Positions 1 to 9,290 of a stretch of DNA of 64,000 bases are shown piece after piece (within the stretch, counting starts at the first letter, position 1; every line of letters starts with the position of its first letter). Below the pieces are notes generated by a model. It was not told the DNA's origin. It made no database searches and saw only the letters and a program-made list of their open reading frames with translations. Both the position numbers and the translations under genes were made by a program. Origin of the DNA: Myxococcota bacterium (GTDB lineage: Bacteria; Myxococcota_A; UBA9160; JAFDDA01); NCBI GenBank assembly GCA_965228475.1, contig OZ245817.1, positions 4,096,001-4,160,000 of the forward strand. Reading direction: 5' to 3'.

Positions 1-560
1 AGGAAGACCGCGACTTCGACGGCAAGATCGACGCCTGGTCGGTCTTTCGCGGCGGCGAGCTCGCCACACGCGAACTCGACTCCAACGGCGACGGCCAGCG
101 CGACACCTGGGAACACTTCGCGCGCGGCCGCATGACGGCCCGCGAGGTCGACCGCAACAACGACGGCAAGCGCGACGCCTTCTTCGAGTACCAGAACGAC
201 TCGCTCGTCCGCGAGCGTCACGACACCAACTACGACGGCACGATCGACTTCCGCGTCACCTACGCGAACCGCCGGCGCGTGAAGGCGGAAGAGGACGCGA
301 ACAAGGACGGGAAGATCGACACCTGGACGAGCTACATAGCCGTCGAGGACCGCGAGGCCGTCGACCGGATCGAGCGCGACCAGGCCGGCGACGGCAAGGC
401 CGACACCTTCGAGGTCTACGTCCAGACCGGCGGGAAGTCCGTCCTCCAGAAGAAGGAAGAGGACAAGAACGCCGACGGCGAGATCGACATCACCTCGATC
501 TACGAGAACGGCAAGCTCGTCCGCCGGGAGATCAGCGACCCGGCGATGATGCCGCTCTAG
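1..560 (+). CDS. 5'-truncated DxxxDG-repeat (Ca-binding-like) protein
   Basis: Frame of ORF 132..560 stays open back to the window edge (EDRDFDGKIDAW...ELDSNGDGQRDTW); repeated DxNxDGxxD units; stop at 558-560. Confidence 0.75.
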   Translation, partial: EDRDFDGKIDAWSVFRGGELATRELDSNGDGQRDTWEHFARGRMTAREVDRNNDGKRDAFFEYQNDSLVRERHDTNYDGTIDFRVTYANRRRVKAEEDANKDGKIDTWTSYIAVEDREAVDRIERDQAGDGKADTFEVYVQTGGKSVLQKKEEDKNADGEIDITSIYENGKLVRREISDPAMMPL

Positions 561-1186
561 GCGATCTCCTCGGACAGCCGCTCGGGCGCATCGATCGCGA
601 TGTAGCCGCCCTCCAGCCGCACGACGCCACCCGCCACCCAATCCCGCAGGTGTTTGTTCACGCTCTCGCGTGAGGCGCACACCATCGAGCCGAGTTCTTC
701 CTGGGAGATCCGGAGATCGATGCGGACGCCGGAACCGTCGGGCACCCCGAATCGTCTGCGCAGAGCGAGCAGCGTCTTCGCGATCCGCGCCTTCACGTCG
801 AGAAAGGCCTGATCTTCGAGCCGTTCGCCGAGCGCACGGATCCGGCCGGCGAGCACCTCGAGGAGCCGGAACGCCGAGTCGGGATGGCCGCGGACCAGCG
901 CCGTCAGCTCTCCGCCGTCGAGGACCACCAGCTCGCAGTCCTCGAGCGCCGTCGCCGTCGCGGTCCGACGGCCTCCAGAGAGGGCCGAGAGCTCGCCGAC
1001 GAGATCGCCGGGGCCGGCGATCCCGAACACGAATTCCTGGCCCCGGGGCGAAACCGCGCCCAACCGCAGCCGACCCCGCCGCACCACGTAGACCTCGTGG
1101 CCTAGCTGCCCCTTGTGAAAGAGCTCGTCGCGGGCTTTCAGGGCGAGCGTTCGGCTGGGCACCTCGGGACCTCCGGGATCGAGCAT
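557..1186 (-). CDS. Crp/Fnr family transcriptional regulator
   Basis: cNMP-binding cassette GELSALSGGRRTATA; C-terminal HTH ISQEELGSMVCASRESVNKHL. Confidence 0.92.
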   Translation of the reverse strand: MLDPGGPEVPSRTLALKARDELFHKGQLGHEVYVVRRGRLRLGAVSPRGQEFVFGIAGPGDLVGELSALSGGRRTATATALEDCELVVLDGGELTALVRGHPDSAFRLLEVLAGRIRALGERLEDQAFLDVKARIAKTLLALRRRFGVPDGSGVRIDLRISQEELGSMVCASRESVNKHLRDWVAGGVVRLEGGYIAIDAPERLSEEIA

Positions 1187-1208
1187 GGAGCCCGGCGGCC
1201 GGAGACGC

Positions 1209-1224
1209 CGTGAAGCACTTCACA
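1209..1224. promoter_or_regulatory. CRP-type box CGTGA-AGCACT-TCACA upstream of the distal crp
   Basis: 9/10 match to TGTGA-N6-TCACA; spacer identical to the box at 9133; 22 nt from the ATG at 1186; overlaps the stop codon of the upstream crp. Confidence 0.7.
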
Positions 1225-1957
1225 GAGTCGGGGTTTCGCTCGTGCGCCCGGCGCGCGCCGGATCCGCCAGGGCCTCGAGCGGCCCCCGGTCGTGGACGCG
1301 CACGACGCCCGACTCGCTCGAGAGCCAGCCTTCCTGCTCGAAGGCACGCATCTGCTTGTTCACCGCCTCCCGGGTCGCCCCGACGAGGTTGCCGAGCTCG
1401 GTCTGGGACAGCTTGAGGTCGATGCGCAGGCCGTCGGACTCCTCGACGCCGTACTCGTCCGCCAGGGCGAGCAGGGAGCGGGCCAGGCGGTTCGGGAGGT
1501 TGCGGAAGAGCGTGTCCTCCATGACCTCGCTCACGTGAGTGAGGCGCTCGGCCAGGGACGACATGCAGGCGATGGCGATCTCGGGCTGGCGCCGCATCAC
1601 GTCGAGGAGGTCCCGCCGGTGGATCACGAGGAGCTCCGCGGGCGTCAGCGCGGTCACGGTCGCGGTGCGGCGGCCGCCGAAGAGCATCGCGACCTCCCCG
1701 ATGACCTCGCCTTCCTTCATGATCGAGAAGGTGATCTCCCGGCCGTCCTCGGAGGTCGACGCTGCCTTGAGGCTGCCGCGAAGGACGGCGTAGGCCTCGT
1801 TTCCCTCGTCTCCCTTGTGAAAGAGCTCCTCGCGGGCGGCCAGCTTCTTGCGGACGGTCCGCTCGGCGAGCAGGTCGAGTTCGGCCTCGCCGAGCGACGC
1901 GAACACGAAGATCTGCGAAAGCAGCTGACGGCGATCGACGACGGCGGTGTCGCTCAT
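1220..1957 (-). CDS. Crp/Fnr family transcriptional regulator
   Basis: Start MSDTAVVD at 1957 overlaps the upstream stop (ATGA); GEVAMLFGGRRTATV cassette; HTH LSQTELGNLVGATREAVNKQM. Confidence 0.93.
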   Translation of the reverse strand: MSDTAVVDRRQLLSQIFVFASLGEAELDLLAERTVRKKLAAREELFHKGDEGNEAYAVLRGSLKAASTSEDGREITFSIMKEGEVIGEVAMLFGGRRTATVTALTPAELLVIHRRDLLDVMRRQPEIAIACMSSLAERLTHVSEVMEDTLFRNLPNRLARSLLALADEYGVEESDGLRIDLKLSQTELGNLVGATREAVNKQMRAFEQEGWLSSESGVVRVHDRGPLEALADPARAGRTSETPTL

Positions 1958-2364
1958 GGCCCGTCCAGACGATGGTTCCGCCCGGTCACGAGGTAGGCCA
2001 CGCCCGCCACGAGCAGGCCGATGGCCGTCGCACTGGAGAGGTTCACGCCGAAGCACGGCCAGCCGCACTCGGGCGTGGCGAGCGAGATGAACAGCACCGG
2101 AAAGATCACGAGCGCGCCGACGAGCGGCCCGCGCAGCCACCACGGCTCGGGCCAGGTCGAGACCCCGACCCAGAAGCCGACGAGCATCCGCGCCGTGTAG
2201 AACGCCCAGACCATGCGCGAGCCGTCGAGGTAGTGCGTGTCGAACTTGTAGGGGATCGGGCCGTGCAGATACTGCGGCAGCCACCCGAGTGCGATGCCGA
2301 GCACTGCGCAGAGTGCGACGTACGGGACGTTCCGGCGCGCGCCATCCTGCGAGAACTCAGACAA
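1954..2364 (-). CDS. Small integral membrane protein (~4 TM)
   Basis: TTG start at 2364 with GGAGG upstream, overlapping the cfa-family stop; four hydrophobic segments; coupled to crp. Confidence 0.7.
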   Translation of the reverse strand: MSEFSQDGARRNVPYVALCAVLGIALGWLPQYLHGPIPYKFDTHYLDGSRMVWAFYTARMLVGFWVGVSTWPEPWWLRGPLVGALVIFPVLFISLATPECGWPCFGVNLSSATAIGLLVAGVAYLVTGRNHRLDGP

Positions 2365-3496
2365 GCGTTTCCTCCCGAGGCGCCCGGCCGGCGACGAGAT
2401 GATACGCCTGGGTCCGGTTGGTCTCGAGGAACGCCTCCGAGGCACGCAGGAAGACCCGGAAGGCCCGGACCGACTCCTCGCCGAAGCGTTCCGCCAGGGC
2501 CTTCTCTTCCCGCTCCAGCGCGTCCGCCCAGTCGCGACAGGTCCATGCGTAGGAGATCGTGTCGTCGACGAGTTCGTGCACGTTGAAGCCCTGGGCGACG
2601 AGCGCTTCGAGGAGCTTCGGCACGTTCACGTAGCGGGCGGTGCCCGGGAAGATGTAGCGGCCGAGGAACGCGCCGACCTGGAACCCGCTTCGCTCGCTGC
2701 AGAAGTCCGCCCAGAGGCGGCCGTCGTCGCGGAGGTGGGTCGCGAGGAAGCGGGCGGCATAGGCGTAGTCGGTGAAGTGCTCGAAGGTTCCCATGAAGAC
2801 CGCGCCGTCGAAGGGCATGGCGGGCTCGAAGTCGAGCAGGTCGATCCGTTCGACGCAGCAGGGGAGCGAACGCTCGCGAATCAATCCTTCGACGAAACGC
2901 CGCTGTTCCTCCGAGAGCGTGATGCCGTGCACCTCGATTCCGCGGAGTCCGGCGAATTCGAGGAACGAGCCCCAGCCGCAGCCCATGTCGAGCACACGCA
3001 TGCCCGGTTCGAGCCCGAGCGTCTCGATGGCGCGCTCGAACTTGCGGGCCTGGGCCTCCTCGGGAAGATCGTCTTCGGACGCGTAGAGCCCGTGCGAGTA
3101 GGAGCGCCAGCGCTCGAACCAGGGCAGGAAGAACTCGGGCGGGCGATCGTAGTGGAAGGCCACGGACTCGCGCTGCAGGCTGCGGCGGTCGCGGAGCAGG
3201 AGCTGTGCCGCGAAGCGCAGCCGCTCGTAGAGCGAGGGGTCCGGGGCGATCACCTCGGTGAGTCGGATGACTTCGCGGAAGTCCCCTTCGACGTCGATCG
3301 CGCCGTGCAGATAGGCCTCGGCGACGCCGAGCAGGTCCTGCCGCTCGAGGGCGCAGAGCGCCTCGTCTTCGTGGAACACGACCCGCGTTCGCTCCGGGTC
3401 CGGGCCGACCCGGTGGAGCACCTCGCTCTCGTTCTCGAGGGTGAGGTTGGCGCCGGCCTCCGCGAGGGCGTCGATGAGCGGGACGAGGGCGTTCAC
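2357..3496 (-). CDS. Cyclopropane-fatty-acyl-phospholipid synthase family SAM methyltransferase
   Basis: GTG at 3496 overlaps the upstream TGA; AFHYD, LEPGMRVLDMGCGWG, GITLSEEQ, GTFEH and RYIFPG motifs. Confidence 0.88.
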   Translation of the reverse strand: MNALVPLIDALAEAGANLTLENESEVLHRVGPDPERTRVVFHEDEALCALERQDLLGVAEAYLHGAIDVEGDFREVIRLTEVIAPDPSLYERLRFAAQLLLRDRRSLQRESVAFHYDRPPEFFLPWFERWRSYSHGLYASEDDLPEEAQARKFERAIETLGLEPGMRVLDMGCGWGSFLEFAGLRGIEVHGITLSEEQRRFVEGLIRERSLPCCVERIDLLDFEPAMPFDGAVFMGTFEHFTDYAYAARFLATHLRDDGRLWADFCSERSGFQVGAFLGRYIFPGTARYVNVPKLLEALVAQGFNVHELVDDTISYAWTCRDWADALEREEKALAERFGEESVRAFRVFLRASEAFLETNRTQAYHLVAGRAPREETLV

Positions 3497-6400
3497 GCGG
3501 CGCTCTTCGACCCCTCCGGGCGCGTGCGCCGGCGCCGCAGGCGCGCCAGGCCGAGCAGGCCGATCAGCTCGGGGCCGAGCCCGCAGCCACCGGCCTTTTC
3601 CTTCGCAACGTAGGGGTTCCCGTTGCACTGCGGGTCGGGCAGGCCGAAGCCGCCGCCGTCGTAGTCCGTGAAGCCGTCGGCGTCGTTGTCGAGACCGTCG
3701 CTGCAGGCCGGGTCTTCCCGGGCGCCGTCGGGGGCGATGCAGCCCGGATCGCCACCGACGTCGGAGCCGTAGTCGCCGTCGTTGTCCCGGCCGTCGTCGC
3801 ACACCAGCAGGTTCGAGCGCTCGCTCGTGTCCGCACCGTCGTCGCAGCCGGCGTCGGCGAGATCCACGAGGCCGTCGCCGTCGTTGTCGATGCCGTCGCT
3901 GCAGGCGTTGCCGCCTCCGACGTAGGCGCAAAGAGAATCGCAGACGCCATCGATGCCGTTCTGCGAACCGTGGTCGCAGCCTTCTCCGTACTCCTGGATG
4001 CCGTTGCCGCAGCTCTGGCGGTCGCAGGCATCGCCGATGCCGTCGCCATCGACGTCGAGCTGATCGCCGTTGGCGACGTCCTGGCAGTTGTCGATCGGGT
4101 CGGCGAGGCCGTCGCCGTCCGCGTCGGCCGCGGTGGCGATGGTCGTCGTGCCGAGGTCGCAGGTGGCACCTTCGTTGCACTGAGAGTCGTTGTCGCAGGA
4201 GCCGTCGCCGTCGGAGCAGCGGCCGCGCGTCACGTAGCGCTGGCGGCCGTCCTCCGCCTCCTCGAGCGTGGCGAAGAGCGCCTCCGGGTTCAGACCGTCG
4301 TCGACGCAGACCTCGGTGGCCGCGCACTCGGCGTCGGTCAGGCACGGCCCGGTGATGTCCTTGCAGGTGAAGGACCCCGGAACGCCGAGCACGGGGGAGC
4401 AGAACTCGTCCCCGGGGCACGAGTCCGGAACCTCGGGGTTGCAGCCCGAGCCGGTGTCGAAGAGGCAGCCACCCGGCGGGAAGTAGCATTCGCCTCCGCC
4501 CGAGCAGTCGGCATTGCTCGCACAGCCCGCCGCCGTGACGGTGCAGATGCCCGCGACCGCTCCACCGACGATGTCGCACGCGTCCTCCATCGATCCGCCG
4601 GCGATCAACGCCTCCGGGTTGAAGTGCTGGATGACGAGGTTCAACGGCCCGCCGCTCTGGTCGAGGTCGTTCCCGCCCTGCTGGGCCTCGAGCGTGAGGA
4701 AGCTCACCTTCGTGCCGAGGACGCGGTACGGGATGCGCGGATCACAGGCTTCCACCGGGCACGGAATGGCGGCCTGCATGCCGTTGTAGGTGCGGCCCGT
4801 GGACAGGTCCATGACGTGCATGACCGAATCGAAGAGATCGCCGTCCGCCACGCCTCCCACGATCGGCGGCACGACGCCGTTCAGGTTGACCCCCTCCCCT
4901 TCTTCGCTCACCCGGAACGCGATGATGTCCTCTCCGAGGACGAAGTCGTCGACGGCGGGGTTGAAGCGAGCCACGCCCTGGTCGTCGAGGAAGGCGACGG
5001 GCTGTCCGCTGGCGTCGTAGACGTGCAACACGCGGTCGAGCTGATCGCCGTCTCCGTTCAAGGCGGCTCCCTGGTCCGCCTCCGGCACGGTGAAGGCGAC
5101 GAAGCCTCCGACGGTCTGGACGTCGTCCGCGGCCAGGAAAAGGTTCTGCCAGGTCCCGCTCGTTCCCGTCGCCGTGTCGTTCAGATGGACGACGAGGTCG
5201 TCCATGTCGCCATCGCCGTTCAGGAAGAGGCCTTCCTGCGCCTCCGAGGCCAGGGCTGCAACGACCTGACTCGAAACCGCGACCTGATCGGCGGCCAGGG
5301 CCAGGTTCACCGCGGGGCCGGCCTGGCGGTTGCGGTAGAGCTGGACGACGAGGTCGTCGAAGTCGCCGTCGCCGTTGTGGTCGACTCCAGCGCCCGCCGC
5401 GGACTCGTCGGCCAGGAAGGCCGCGTTGCCATCGCGCACGCTGACGGCCTCGGCGCTGCCGAAGCGAAGGACGGTGAAGGGGCCGACCGCCTGCGTGTCC
5501 GCGACCGCGAGCACCGTGTCGCGCGAGTCCCCGTCGCCGTTCAGGTCGTTGCTCGCGCCGTCGAGCGCGGGTTTGCGGAGGTAGCGGCCGCCCGGAAGCA
5601 GCTTGGCGTGGAAGACCGTCTCGGCGTCCCCCTGGATCTGCCCGGAAGTGTCGGGCTGATTGCCGAGTCCGTCGGGGAAAAACGAGAAGATCCTGGTGAC
5701 TCGGTCCACGAACTGCGGAGCGAAGCTCCCGGAAGGATGGCCACCGAAGTAGAAGGGCTGGACGAGTGCGTAGCGGCCGTCCGAAGAGAGCGTGCCTCCC
5801 TGGCTGGGCGTGTCGAAGCCCAGCGTGGAGAGCCCGACCTCCTCGCGCGACACCGTCCCCGGCTCGTCGAAGATGCCGTCGTCGTCGCCGTCCCGATCGT
5901 AGATGACCGCCAACCCGCCGGGCTGCCAGCCCATGATCACGCGGCCGTCGTCGCTCATGTCCGTCGGGATGATCCACTGGGTGTCGAGCAGGGAGGGCGA
6001 GACGAACTCGGCTTCGCCGCTCTCGTCGTAGATTCCGTCGCCATCGAGGTCTCGGTCGAGGATGAAGGCGTCGCTGCGCAGGTTCGTATCCCCCGCGATG
6101 AGGTTCGACGCCGTCGAGCGGAAGAGAACGTAACGGCCGTCGCGAGACATCTCCGCCGGCGTGAACAGGTCGTCGTTGGGCGCCACGCCCACCCCGAGCA
6201 CGGCGTCACTCGCCCGATAGCTCGCGATCGCCCCGGGCTCGTCGTAGATCCCGTCTTCGTCGGTGTCCCGGTCGTGGATGACGAGCTCGCTGTCCAGGAA
6301 CGCGTCGCCAGCGATCATGTTCGTCGCGCTGGAGGCGAAGACCACGAACCTTCCGTCGTCGCTCATGCGCGGACGCGAGGAGCCGTTGTTGGCCTGGACA

Positions 6401-9078
6401 CCGGCCGAGCTCACGCTCACCCGGACGTTCGCCACGAAACCCGGCTCGTCGTAGATCCCGTCCTCGTCGGTGTCCCGGTCGTGGATGAACACGTCGTCGC
6501 TGCCGTTCGTGTCGCCCGCGATCAGGTTGCTCGCGTCCGAGGAAAAGGCCACGTAGCGGCCGTCGGCGCTGATGTCTCCGATGTGGTGGTCCCCGGCGAC
6601 GGGGTTGCCCAGGGTGTCGAGGCTCACGGTGATCCGGACGAAGCCTTCGTCGAGGATGCCGTCGAGATCGTCGTCCCTGTCGTAGACCTCGAGGAACGAG
6701 CTCGTCTCGTTCTGGTAGGCGATCCAGCGCTGGTTGCTCGAAAAGCGCAGCTCGTCGCCGAGGAACGAACGGTTGGCGACCTGCCAGCTTGCACCCCCTC
6801 GCTCCGACTCGCGAAAGAAGACCAGGCCGTCGGACACCGCCAGGGTCTGCCCGTTGACGTCCGCGATCGGATCGACTGCGAGATCGAGGCCGGCGGTCAG
6901 CTCGGTCGGAGCGGGCGTTTCGATCCGGAAGACTCGCAGGAGCGTGTCCAGACGGTCGCCGTCGCCGTTCAACCCGCCCAAGACCGACGGGGACTCCCAT
7001 CGCTCCGCCTCGAGGAAGGCGGCGATGTCGTCCTCGATCGCCAGCGGCGGGAAACGATAGATCCCGTCCCGGACGCGGGCAGAGGCCCGGCCGGTTCCGC
7101 CGACCCGGCGCGCGATGTCCGCGGAATCCGCACTGTCGTCGATCTTGAGGTCGATGATCGTCTCGTCCGTCGAGTCGCCGTCGAGGTTGAGATCGGTGGA
7201 CTCGAGCCGTTCCGAGCGCACGAACGCGAACAGGTCGTCGGTCTGGGCCAGCGACTCGATCGCGACGGGGTTCAGGGCCTCGGCGGTGTACTCGGCGCTC
7301 GCCAGGAGGATCGGGCCGGTTCCGCCCGAGTAGCGATCGCTGAAGTCGAAGTTGCTCGGACCACACTCCCCGCCGGGACAGGCGCCATCCCCGGTGCACG
7401 CGACCCCGTCGTTGACGCCACCCCGGCAGAGCGCCTGGACGCAGGTCGAGGACGGACACTCGAAGTCGGCGATACAGGCCAGCCCGCCCCGGGTCCCGGC
7501 GGCGCACTCGCGGAACTCGGGGCTCCGGCGCAGCACGCGGATCACGCCGATCTCGGCATCCGTGGACCCGAACAGCGTCGTGTCGGTGCTCGTGGGGTTG
7601 GAGAGTGGGTTGAACAGCGGATCGACTCGTAGCCCCTTCTGCGAGAGCGACTGCAGGAAACGCGCGCCGGGAATCTCGATCGGCGCTCCCGGCGTCTGGT
7701 TCGCCTCGGGCGGCGCCCCAGTGAACGCAGCGATCGAGCTCTGGATCTGGACGAGGCGTGGAATGGGCAGGGTTCGTGGCTGGACGAGAACGCCCCGCCA
7801 GTCCACCGGAATGACCAGGTTGCCCTCGGCGTCCGTCGTGAACTGGACGTCGGCGCCGCTGTTGTTGCAGCTCACCGACGGGTTCCCGGCGGTGCAGATG
7901 TCTTGAAAATCATTGGGCGCGGGCAGCGCCGTCACGCCGGCGAACTGCTCGTGGGCGTTCTCCGGTCCCGCCTCACAGGTCCCGTCGGAGGCGTAGATCC
8001 GGTCGATGCAGGCAACGAGGCCGCCTGGCGCACCTGGCCCCCCGCACTCGGTCGTCGCGAGGGCGCACGGCAGTGCGGCGCCGCTTGGAGAGACCGCAAG
8101 GGTCGTCGGGCCCACGAAAGCGGTATCCGGAAAAGCGAAGGAGATGGCATCGGCCTGGACGCTCGGCGACAGGTCGTCGCGGCAGGTCGCAGTCCCGCCG
8201 CCCAGACTCGCGTTGCAGGCGGCGACCTGACTGACGAATGCGGTGCAGTCCCCACCGGGCCCCGGGATGATCACGGCGTTCGCCGGACCCGAGGGCGGCT
8301 CGAAGAGGACCGTCGTCGTGGCGGGGCTCGCCGAATCGTGCAGGGTGAAGTTGTCGATCGCCCACCAGTCGTTGGCCGCCTGCTTGAGCTCGGCCAGAAT
8401 TCGAAGCTCGTCCACGTCGGCAAGGAGTGCAGCCCAGCTCCCCGAAACGAGCTGCCAGTTCCCGGTCGGCCCCGCGCTCGAGATCGGGATGTCGAAGCCG
8501 CTGCCCCATTGCTCGAAGGGGATGGCCGAGATCTCGGCCTGGTCGGCCTGGTACTCGGCGACGCCTCCGGGGCCTTCGATGCGGATCAGCGCGACCGGGG
8601 CCGTGAGGTACGGGCCGGCATCGAACCCGGTCCAGTGCTCCCACGAGATCCGGTTCACGCCTCGCGCCAGCCAATCGCCGAGGTACTGCGACGGCGCGAG
8701 CAGGCTCGCCACGTCGCCAGCGCTTCCGTCGCCGCCGAACAGCACGCGCCCGGGCGGAGGGTTCCTTCCGGCGTTGAAGAAGAAGGCGTGCGTCCCGAAC
8801 GTCGCCCAGGCTTCCAAGCCGCCTGACTCGAAATCGCTCAGCGTGGCGGCCGAGCCGAAGCTCGTACCCGATTCGCACCCCGCCGGGTCGAGGGCGATGC
8901 GAACCGGGTCACCGGGGCTCGCGAACACCCGGTTCACGCTTCCCGCGGCGCCGCGAAACTCGGTCTCCGGCTGGGGAATGACGTCGCAGTACGAGGCAGC
9001 GGTGCTCGGCAGGAGCGCCGAGGCCAGGACGGCCAGGGCAACGATCGCAAGTGAACCCGCGCGGCAGGAGATCTTCAT
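3493..9078 (-). CDS. Giant secreted surface protein (laminin-B-like domain, PD40/TolB-like propeller, DxNGDGD and TSP3-like Ca repeats, Cys-rich repeats, GCGLGPEL-TM-RRRR tail), paralog 1
   Basis: Start MKISCRAG at 9078 with GAGGGA upstream; signal peptide; ISADGRYVAF-type blades; DADGDGLADPIDNC; CSDGIDNDGDG repeats; C-terminal TM plus Arg cluster. Confidence 0.85.
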   Translation of the reverse strand: MKISCRAGSLAIVALAVLASALLPSTAASYCDVIPQPETEFRGAAGSVNRVFASPGDPVRIALDPAGCESGTSFGSAATLSDFESGGLEAWATFGTHAFFFNAGRNPPPGRVLFGGDGSAGDVASLLAPSQYLGDWLARGVNRISWEHWTGFDAGPYLTAPVALIRIEGPGGVAEYQADQAEISAIPFEQWGSGFDIPISSAGPTGNWQLVSGSWAALLADVDELRILAELKQAANDWWAIDNFTLHDSASPATTTVLFEPPSGPANAVIIPGPGGDCTAFVSQVAACNASLGGGTATCRDDLSPSVQADAISFAFPDTAFVGPTTLAVSPSGAALPCALATTECGGPGAPGGLVACIDRIYASDGTCEAGPENAHEQFAGVTALPAPNDFQDICTAGNPSVSCNNSGADVQFTTDAEGNLVIPVDWRGVLVQPRTLPIPRLVQIQSSIAAFTGAPPEANQTPGAPIEIPGARFLQSLSQKGLRVDPLFNPLSNPTSTDTTLFGSTDAEIGVIRVLRRSPEFRECAAGTRGGLACIADFECPSSTCVQALCRGGVNDGVACTGDGACPGGECGPSNFDFSDRYSGGTGPILLASAEYTAEALNPVAIESLAQTDDLFAFVRSERLESTDLNLDGDSTDETIIDLKIDDSADSADIARRVGGTGRASARVRDGIYRFPPLAIEDDIAAFLEAERWESPSVLGGLNGDGDRLDTLLRVFRIETPAPTELTAGLDLAVDPIADVNGQTLAVSDGLVFFRESERGGASWQVANRSFLGDELRFSSNQRWIAYQNETSSFLEVYDRDDDLDGILDEGFVRITVSLDTLGNPVAGDHHIGDISADGRYVAFSSDASNLIAGDTNGSDDVFIHDRDTDEDGIYDEPGFVANVRVSVSSAGVQANNGSSRPRMSDDGRFVVFASSATNMIAGDAFLDSELVIHDRDTDEDGIYDEPGAIASYRASDAVLGVGVAPNDDLFTPAEMSRDGRYVLFRSTASNLIAGDTNLRSDAFILDRDLDGDGIYDESGEAEFVSPSLLDTQWIIPTDMSDDGRVIMGWQPGGLAVIYDRDGDDDGIFDEPGTVSREEVGLSTLGFDTPSQGGTLSSDGRYALVQPFYFGGHPSGSFAPQFVDRVTRIFSFFPDGLGNQPDTSGQIQGDAETVFHAKLLPGGRYLRKPALDGASNDLNGDGDSRDTVLAVADTQAVGPFTVLRFGSAEAVSVRDGNAAFLADESAAGAGVDHNGDGDFDDLVVQLYRNRQAGPAVNLALAADQVAVSSQVVAALASEAQEGLFLNGDGDMDDLVVHLNDTATGTSGTWQNLFLAADDVQTVGGFVAFTVPEADQGAALNGDGDQLDRVLHVYDASGQPVAFLDDQGVARFNPAVDDFVLGEDIIAFRVSEEGEGVNLNGVVPPIVGGVADGDLFDSVMHVMDLSTGRTYNGMQAAIPCPVEACDPRIPYRVLGTKVSFLTLEAQQGGNDLDQSGGPLNLVIQHFNPEALIAGGSMEDACDIVGGAVAGICTVTAAGCASNADCSGGGECYFPPGGCLFDTGSGCNPEVPDSCPGDEFCSPVLGVPGSFTCKDITGPCLTDAECAATEVCVDDGLNPEALFATLEEAEDGRQRYVTRGRCSDGDGSCDNDSQCNEGATCDLGTTTIATAADADGDGLADPIDNCQDVANGDQLDVDGDGIGDACDRQSCGNGIQEYGEGCDHGSQNGIDGVCDSLCAYVGGGNACSDGIDNDGDGLVDLADAGCDDGADTSERSNLLVCDDGRDNDGDYGSDVGGDPGCIAPDGAREDPACSDGLDNDADGFTDYDGGGFGLPDPQCNGNPYVAKEKAGGCGLGPELIGLLGLARLRRRRTRPEGSKSAA

Positions 9079-9131
9079 CGTCAGTGCGTCCCTCATCATG
9101 GACGGAGCTTCCGCAATCCTGGCCGCCGGCT

Positions 9132-9149
9132 CTGTGAAGCACTTCACAG
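9132..9149. promoter_or_regulatory. Perfect CRP-type box CTGTGAAG-CA-CTTCACAG
   Basis: TGTGA-N6-TCACA 10/10 inside an 8-bp perfect inverted repeat; centre ~62 bp upstream of the ATG at 9078. Confidence 0.82.
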
Positions 9150-9239
9150 GAAAGATCGAAAAGTGGGGCGCGAGCCCCCCGAGGAAGTCTGGACGGTGGC
9201 CGTATTGTACTCTCAGGCGGCCCCTCGAGGGACCCTGAG

Positions 9240-9290
9240 TCAGCGCTTTTGGCCGACGCGGGCCCCGATGAGCGGGACGAGGGCGTTCAC
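9240..9290 (-). pseudogene. Relic of the first 8 codons of the cfa-family gene (VNALVPLI, then unrelated sequence to a stop)
   Basis: 9266..9314 is identical to 3472..3520 over 49 bp, covering the giant-gene stop and the coupled GTG start. Confidence 0.7.

Noticed and set aside
2357..4579. 740-aa ORF as listed in the track
   Set aside because: The N-terminal 361 codons are an Arg-rich alternative frame of the giant gene; the real start is GTG 3496
3970..7632. Long antisense ORFs (also 10067..12655, 15270..18443, 26838..31700, 36416..39472, 53952..56285)
   Set aside because: Shadow ORFs opposite well-supported genes, expected in high-GC DNA; no motifs of their own
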